Shown: positions 58,925 through 64,000 of the stretch, piece after piece
How positions within the stretch are numbered: position 1 is the first letter of the stretch
Layout: every line of letters begins with the position of its first letter
NCBI GenBank assembly: GCA_964291215.2
Contig: OZ219791.1
Coordinates: forward strand, 2,592,001-2,656,000
Source of the DNA: Alphaproteobacteria bacterium
GTDB lineage: Bacteria > Pseudomonadota > Alphaproteobacteria > MPNO01 > UBA830
Length of the DNA stretch: 64,000 nt
Direction of reading: 5' to 3'
Made by a program: the position numbers and the translations under genes
The notes under the pieces: generated by a model
The model's input: only the letters and a program-made list of their open reading frames with translations
Told to the model about the DNA's origin: nothing
The model's database searches: none

Positions 58925-59409
58925 GTCGACGAATCCTCCCGCTTGTCAGCGCCGTTGCCGCGCTCTGTCGCTGCGTCCGCGCTCACCTCGGGCGTCGTTG
59001 CGGAGGTGGCGGGAGCCGCCTCTGCCTGCGCCTTGCCCGTGCCGCCGTCCTGCTGGTCGCGGCTCCTTCGGTTGCGGCCCCGGCCGCTCCGGCCCTGCAT
59101 CATGATCGACGGGCCTTCTTCAAGTTCGTCGACCCTGACGCTCATGAAGCGGATGATGTCCTCGCTCAGGCGCATGTTGCGCTCCATCTCCTTCAGCGCG
59201 TCCGCCGGCGCATCGAGATTGAGGAGGGAATAGTGACCCTTCCGGTTCTTCTTGATCCGGTAGGCCAAGGACTTGAGGCCCCAGTATTCCGTCTTCGTGA
59301 CCTCGCCGCCATTGTCGTCGATGATCTTCTTCAGGTCCGCGGTCAGCGTGTCGACCTGGCTGGCAGCAATGTCCGAGCGCGCGATATACACGCATTCGTA
59401 GTAAGGCAC
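58921..59409 (-). CDS. rpsF: 30S ribosomal protein S6
   Basis: GTG start with GGAG RBS; [29 protein letters not shown]; low-complexity C-terminal tail. Confidence 0.94.
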   Translation of the reverse strand: MPYYECVYIARSDIAASQVDTLTADLKKIIDDNGGEVTKTEYWGLKSLAYRIKKNRKGHYSLLNLDAPADALKEMERNMRLSEDIIRFMSVRVDELEEGPSIMMQGRSGRGRNRRSRDQQDGGTGKAQAEAAPATSATTPEVSADAATERGNGADKREDSST

Positions 59410-59508
59410 TTCGCTACTCCTGAGAGCACATCCGGCAGGCGTCCAGTTCGGCGACTGCTGTCGCACACCACATCCGGAAACCATGCGTGTCGTGTTGTGA
59501 AGGCCAGC

Positions 59509-59536
59509 ACTATACACGTTCACGGTTGTGGCGCAA
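59509..59536 (-). promoter_or_regulatory. Putative sigma70 promoter of the rpsF operon
   Basis: TTGCGC-16 nt-TATAGT about 100 nt upstream of rpsF. Confidence 0.55.
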
Positions 59537-59955
59537 GGGGTTCCTCACAGGACCATTCTGTTGTCGCGATCGGCGGCGGACAACCGTGTCAGAGTGGCCG
59601 TTCTTGAAGTTGGTGGCACCGTCTCAGGGCCGGAACCGGCATATCGACAACAAAATCCGCTCCCGAATGGACCTCCAGATCTGCCTACAACGCCCCCTCG
59701 TCGGACGAAACCGGACAAAAGAAGAGCCCTGGGGTTCCTCGTTTTCTTCCAGCCTTTCCCACGCGGCATTCAATTTTGCTGTCTTCTGCTGTTCGGAGGT
59801 TTCACAGGTCCAGCCCTGCCGGGTTTTCTGGCTTTGGGGCCGTCCACGGATCATTGCCGGCGGCGTTATCGGTGCGTGGGCGGGTTGTTTTCGGGGTGTG
59901 GGCGGGATGTGGGCGGCGTCCGGGAATCGGCTGGACGCTATTGGCGCTCAGGACC

Positions 59956-61185
59956 GGGTCAGAGCTGCGACGGCTTCCTGGCGGTCAAGCTGCAGCTGCC
60001 GCCGTGTTTCGGCGAGGCCTCGGCCTCGCGTCGGTTGGCGGAGATCACCGCGAGCGCGATGTTGTTGAGGCTGGCGCGGTTTGCGGGTCGGTGAGAAAGC
60101 GCAGGCCCCCGTCCTTGTGCTTGCGGAGCGGGAGCGCGAGGTTGTGACCGATGCGGCGTCTTTGTCGTCCGCGCCTTGCGGGCTGGAGCGGCGGCCTGTC
60201 TTCGTGGGAAGCGATGGCACGCTCGAGAATCCTGTCCCGGGCTTGCGAGATTCGGGCGCCCCGTGAAGCGGGCATGTCGCGGTTGTTCTTGCGGGCGAAG
60301 CGGGCGGCTCTGTTGGCACGGATGAGGAGCCGGTGCATCGCGGTGGCCCGGTCTTCCTTCTCGATCAGGGCCTGGAGTTCGTGCAGGTGATGGGCGTTGC
60401 AGGCGCCGTGGCGCACGCCCTCGAGAGCGAAGCAGGTGGCGTAGTCGTCATGGATGACGATGCCGTTGAGCTTCTCGTCGATGTGGCGGCGCCCGGAGGT
60501 GACGCGCAGGATGGTGAGCAGCGGGGTGCACGGCACATCGAGCCACCGGGTCCGGCCGGCGATGCGGATGCCGGTCTCGTCGAGGTGTTTGACCGGTGCC
60601 CGGGTGTGGATGATCTCTGCGACATGATCGAGGAAGCCCTTGAAGCGCCGGGCGGTGCGCTGGCTCATGGCGGCGATGGTGGCCTTTGAGATCCTGACCG
60701 CGAAGAGGTCGCTCATGACCTCGGCGACGCGCTGCTCGGGAATGAACCGGGCGTGCGACAGACCCACGCGGTGATGCGCGGCCCGTACCGGGGCGCCGTG
60801 CGGGAAGGCGCCTGTTGTCACGGTGGCGCAGGCGGCGCAAAGGCAGCGATGTTCGGTGACCTCGAGGGGCTGCGGCACGTCGAAGACCTACCGACAGACG
60901 GGTTCTGCGTGACGATCATCATCCGACAGCGGCGCGCCGCAGCCCTTGCAGGCGCAAGGATCATGATCGACGACGTGGTCCGGGCTTTCGGCCTGCTCCG
61001 GAGTGGTTCCCTTGTGGCTGGCCGCCGCCTGTCGGACTTGCGGCGCCGGCTCCGGGTGCGCTTCTTCCGGGGCCCGCTCTTTTTCTTCAGATCGTCGCTG
61101 GCCGGCGGCTTGGAGATGGTGGAGCTATCGAGCGCGGATAAGCGTTCGTTCGTGCGGTGAGGTGTTGTTGTTTTCGTCCGTTTGA
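59956..61185 (-). pseudogene. Second type of IS66-family transposase, decayed
   Basis: SKPPASDDLKK, VFDVPQPLEVTEHR, YGPRITA, VKHLDETGIRIAG, HGACNAHHLHEL, LRFLTDP..NNIALA. Confidence 0.8.
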
Positions 61186-61309
61186 CGGGCTTTTGTCAGG
61201 GAGTTCCAGCGTCACCCGGAGCGGTTTCGTGCGCCGGGATGCGCGGTGAGGTTGGCGGGCACTGGCGCCATGCGGTGTTTTCCGCATTGGTTGCGGTTTT
61301 GTCCCGGCG

Positions 61310-61501
61310 CTGCGGAGGAGGAGCTGAGCACCATCCTGTGCCGGTTGCAGGGTCCAGCGATTGAGGGTCCGCTTCCAGTCCTTGCGGAGCGGGCCAGATG
61401 TCCTTCTTCGGCTTCTGTCATGTCGGTCGTAGCGGCCGCTGGTTGTTCCGACACGGATCCGGCCCGCGGCCCGGCAGACGCCGCGGCACGGGACCTCGAC
61501 C
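61310..61501 (-). pseudogene. DUF4338 C-terminal remnant, homolog of 42905-43085
   Basis: Direct DNA similarity including GAAGCCGAAGAAGGACATCTG..CGCAAGGACTGGAAGCGGACCCTCAATCGC and the downstream noncoding sequence. Confidence 0.62.
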
Positions 61502-62027
61502 GGGTGAGAGTTTCGTATGGCACGGTTGCAGGCTTAGTACCATTTGTTCATCTCATGCGGCCAGTGCCGGGGTGTGATTTGGGCTGATGTTGTCGTTGGC
61601 TGGTGCGTCGTCTGCACCGATCATGGCCGCCCACGCGCTCTCGAAGCGGCCGGATTCGAGCAGGGCGCGGAAGGTGATTGTCCGCCGACGATGCGCCAGC
61701 GCATGCAGGAGCGTTTCGTGCGCTGTGTGACGAGGGTCTTGTTTGCCGCCTCGACAATTCCCGAGCCGGTTGCTTCAGCGCGTGGTAGCGCATGCGGTGG
61801 CGATGCTTGCGGAAGAAGGACAGTTCCCTGTCGATGTCGGCCCGTTGGCGCCGCGGTGTCGCGAAGGTGGCGCAGCGCCCGGATCACCCTGTCGATGCCG
61901 CGGGGGTCGTGACAAAATCCTGTCCTGAAACGGGCGATTGTCACGAAAACCCGTTTTCGCCGCTGCCTCGCGACCGCACAACCATGTTAAATCAATGACT
62001 TGGATTCGCCATACGAGAACCGCACCC
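61502..62027 (-). mobile_element. Second copy of the ISKra4/ISLre2-like non-autonomous element
   Basis: Colinear with 8499-9012, with the same IRs. No TSD. Confidence 0.82.
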
Positions 62028-62182
62028 GTCACAGGGCGCGGTTGTCGCTGCGCTCTGTCCTCGGAAAACCATGTCGGTAGGAAACGGCACCATTGCCCGG
62101 ATGCCACGGTCGTGAGACGGGTCGCAAGGACATCGCGCCCGCAGGCACGACACGCTGTTCTAATCAAAACGGAATTGTCTCA

Positions 62183-62425
62183 TCAGTACTGTCGATCGGC
62201 TATAGCGCAAACAACAGACTGGTGCTGGCGGGAAGTGTGGGGCTGCCTCGCTCGTTCGTCGGGTGGTTGCCATCGATCCAACAACAGACCCGCCTTTTTC
62301 GCGTCTTCGTAGCTCTCGATATCCTCGTGCCCGACTCGCGACGATCGCCAATGTCCGTCGATGCCAAGCCACCCTGGTCCTTTGAAAACCTTCCCGCACA
62401 CGGGGCACACCCTATTGCCCTTCAT
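62183..62425 (-). CDS. Small hypothetical protein with a putative C2H2-like zinc site
   Basis: MKGNRVCPVCGKVFKGPGWLGIDGHWRSSRVGHE; GGAGAG RBS; overlaps the upstream gene end. Confidence 0.5.
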   Translation of the reverse strand: MKGNRVCPVCGKVFKGPGWLGIDGHWRSSRVGHEDIESYEDAKKAGLLLDRWQPPDERARQPHTSRQHQSVVCAIADRQY

Positions 62426-62677
62426 CGTCCACTCTCCCGTCACACGGGAAATACGCCCGTAGCGCGAGGATAACCACAACTAAGCGGTGTGTGTCAAGCT
62501 TTTCGGGATTTCTTCGCATCCATATTCGCACGACATCCGCAACGTCTTTGTTAGTGCTTCCATATGTGCAGAACTTCAACTGTGGATCGAAACCGGTGTA
62601 GTCCCAAAGGTTCTCTAGAGCATCTCGAACACCTACGACGTACATCATAAAACCGAATTCCAGCGTTATTTCGTCAC

Positions 62678-63884
62678 CCCCGTTCCATAGTGAAGTGCAA
62701 CACATGATGGGCTGTGGCCATGTGTTTTTAGACGCATGATGTTGCGGAGCTGTCCAGCAGCGGCGAAAGTTCCTGTACAAGATGGAGGGAGCTTGTTCAT
62801 GTCCAAAGGCTACCGTCACCTACGAAGAGCGATGTCAGATTGAGGCGTTACAGAAAAGCGGTCTTTCACAAGGTGCGATTGCTCGGCAGCTGGGCCGATC
62901 AACAATTTTCCGGGAGATCAAGCGCAACACCGGGGGACGGGGTTACCGTCACAAGCAGGCGCAAAGGATGGCAGAAACGCAGGGCAGCCTCGTTTGTTTC
63001 TTGGCGGTTGACGCCTCGGGTTGAAGCTCAGAAAAAGCTGCGGGAGGGCCCCGAGCAGATCAGCGGCCGTTTTCGACTGGAGGGCCGTGGGTCGGCAACG
63101 GATCCATGATCGCCGAAGATCGGAGAGCCGGGGGCGTCTTGTGGAAGAAGCTTCGGCGGCGCGGCAAGAAGCCGAACTGGAAGGGCGGATGCCATTCCGG
63201 CCGGGTGGACATTTCCGAGCGCCCTGCGGAGGCAAAGGAACGGGTCGGCGACCGGGAGCCATCATCGGCAAAGCTCACGGTGGAACTGTCGTGTCGCTCG
63301 TGCCACGAAATACACCTTGCTGGGTGGACAGAAAGACACGGTCGGTTCGGTCATGATCCGCCTGCTCGGCTCTGGTGCGCTATTGGTCTGCACAATCACG
63401 TCAGACAACGGAGTTCGCAGACCACAGGCGTGTCGCACTTGACGCAGATTTCTTCTTCGCCTTTCCATTCCTGGGAGCGCGGCTTGAATGAGCACACCAA
63501 CGGCCTGGTGCGGGAGTACTTCCCGAAGGGCACGGACTTTCGCGCGACATGCAACGAAGATGTTCAGAAGGTGCAGGATCGGCTCAACACTCGGAAAGTC
63601 CTGGGATCGCCAACGGAGGTAATCTTGAAGTGAAACCGTCCTGACCATCTGCGTTCCGAAGCCGCAACGTGCAGCAGGGTCCATGCCGCGCGACGGCGAA
63701 ATAGTGACTTGAAGCCGACAAAGGCGTTGCATAAGCTCGATGTTGAAGGAACTGAAGCTGTTCCCAGGCGGAATCGAGAGGGGCAGAGGGGGAAAACTTG
63801 TGCAACACCCGGCCCTCATCTCCGTTCGGGCTACGCCCTCACTGCGATGAGGGCCGAGTGTTGCACTTCAGACTGGAAGTGGGG
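62678..63884 (+). mobile_element. IS30-family element, frameshifted transposase (62799-63633)
   Basis: IR core TGAAGTGCAACAC / GTGTTGCACTTCA. YEERCQIEAL..IARQLGRSTIFREIKRN, ISERP, DNG, HSWERGLNEHTNGLVREYFPKGTDF. Confidence 0.88.
63811..63855. repeat. Stem-loop near the IS30 right end
   Basis: GGCCCTCATC ... GATGAGGGCC, 10-bp perfect stem. Confidence 0.6.
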
Positions 63885-64000
63885 CAAACAACATATAGTA
63901 TATCGAGTGAGGCTGCCGCATAAATTTTGGCTTCAACTGACGCAAAAAATGCCAACTTGGGTTCAGGGAATTCGCGCGGCTGCGCCCCTCCACCTCCTGC

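Larger units (their letters stand above)
62412..64000 (-). pseudogene. Rap1a/Tai-like immunity protein gene interrupted by IS30 (start beyond the window)
   Basis: YVVGVRD..FC..DVVRIWMRRNPEKL..VVILALRAYFPC. The frame continues from 64000-63885 (AGGGGAQPREF..LDILYVVC). Low GC. Confidence 0.62.

Noticed and set aside
59540-59950. Possible ncRNA or gene upstream of rpsF
   Set aside because: No convincing ORF, structure or repeat; probably element-end debris that I cannot assign.

Overview
High-GC alphaproteobacterial chromosome segment (Rhodospirillales-like, judged from PurC, ribosomal S18/S6/L9 and the DUF1476 zeta subunit). Intact housekeeping and catabolic blocks alternate with dense graveyards of nested, decayed mobile elements. 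Intact blocks: (i) 9.9-25.7 kb catabolic cluster (opine dehydrogenase, MITE-broken LLM monooxygenase, DUF1194, RidA, hydantoinase/oxoprolinase A+B, PreA-like flavoprotein, MarR, TAXI-TRAP transporter, heme-oxygenase-like diiron protein, FAH hydrolase, DUF1223); (ii) type-2 ileS, bcp, grxD-bolA-purL-purQ-purS; (iii) a DctPQM TRAP operon split by an 11.2-kb nested insertion, then a CmcJ/NvfI oxidoreductase and purC; (iv) NRDE, zeta, rplI-DUF2232-rpsR-rpsF. Mobile DNA: IS256, ISNCY/IS5-like, IS630 x3, ISAzo13, IS4 (IS50-like), ISAs1-like, IS30, two IS66 types, three copies of a group II intron at one IS66 site, and four MITE types with readable IRs/TSDs. The best candidate new system is a multi-copy IS66-like element that carries a Dam-like N6-adenine methyltransferase translationally coupled to its transposase. 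A related methyltransferase - coiled coil - DUF4338 (DruA-like) cassette and DUF4338 domains attached to several unrelated elements accompany it. All family assignments come from motif recognition by eye; no database searches were run.
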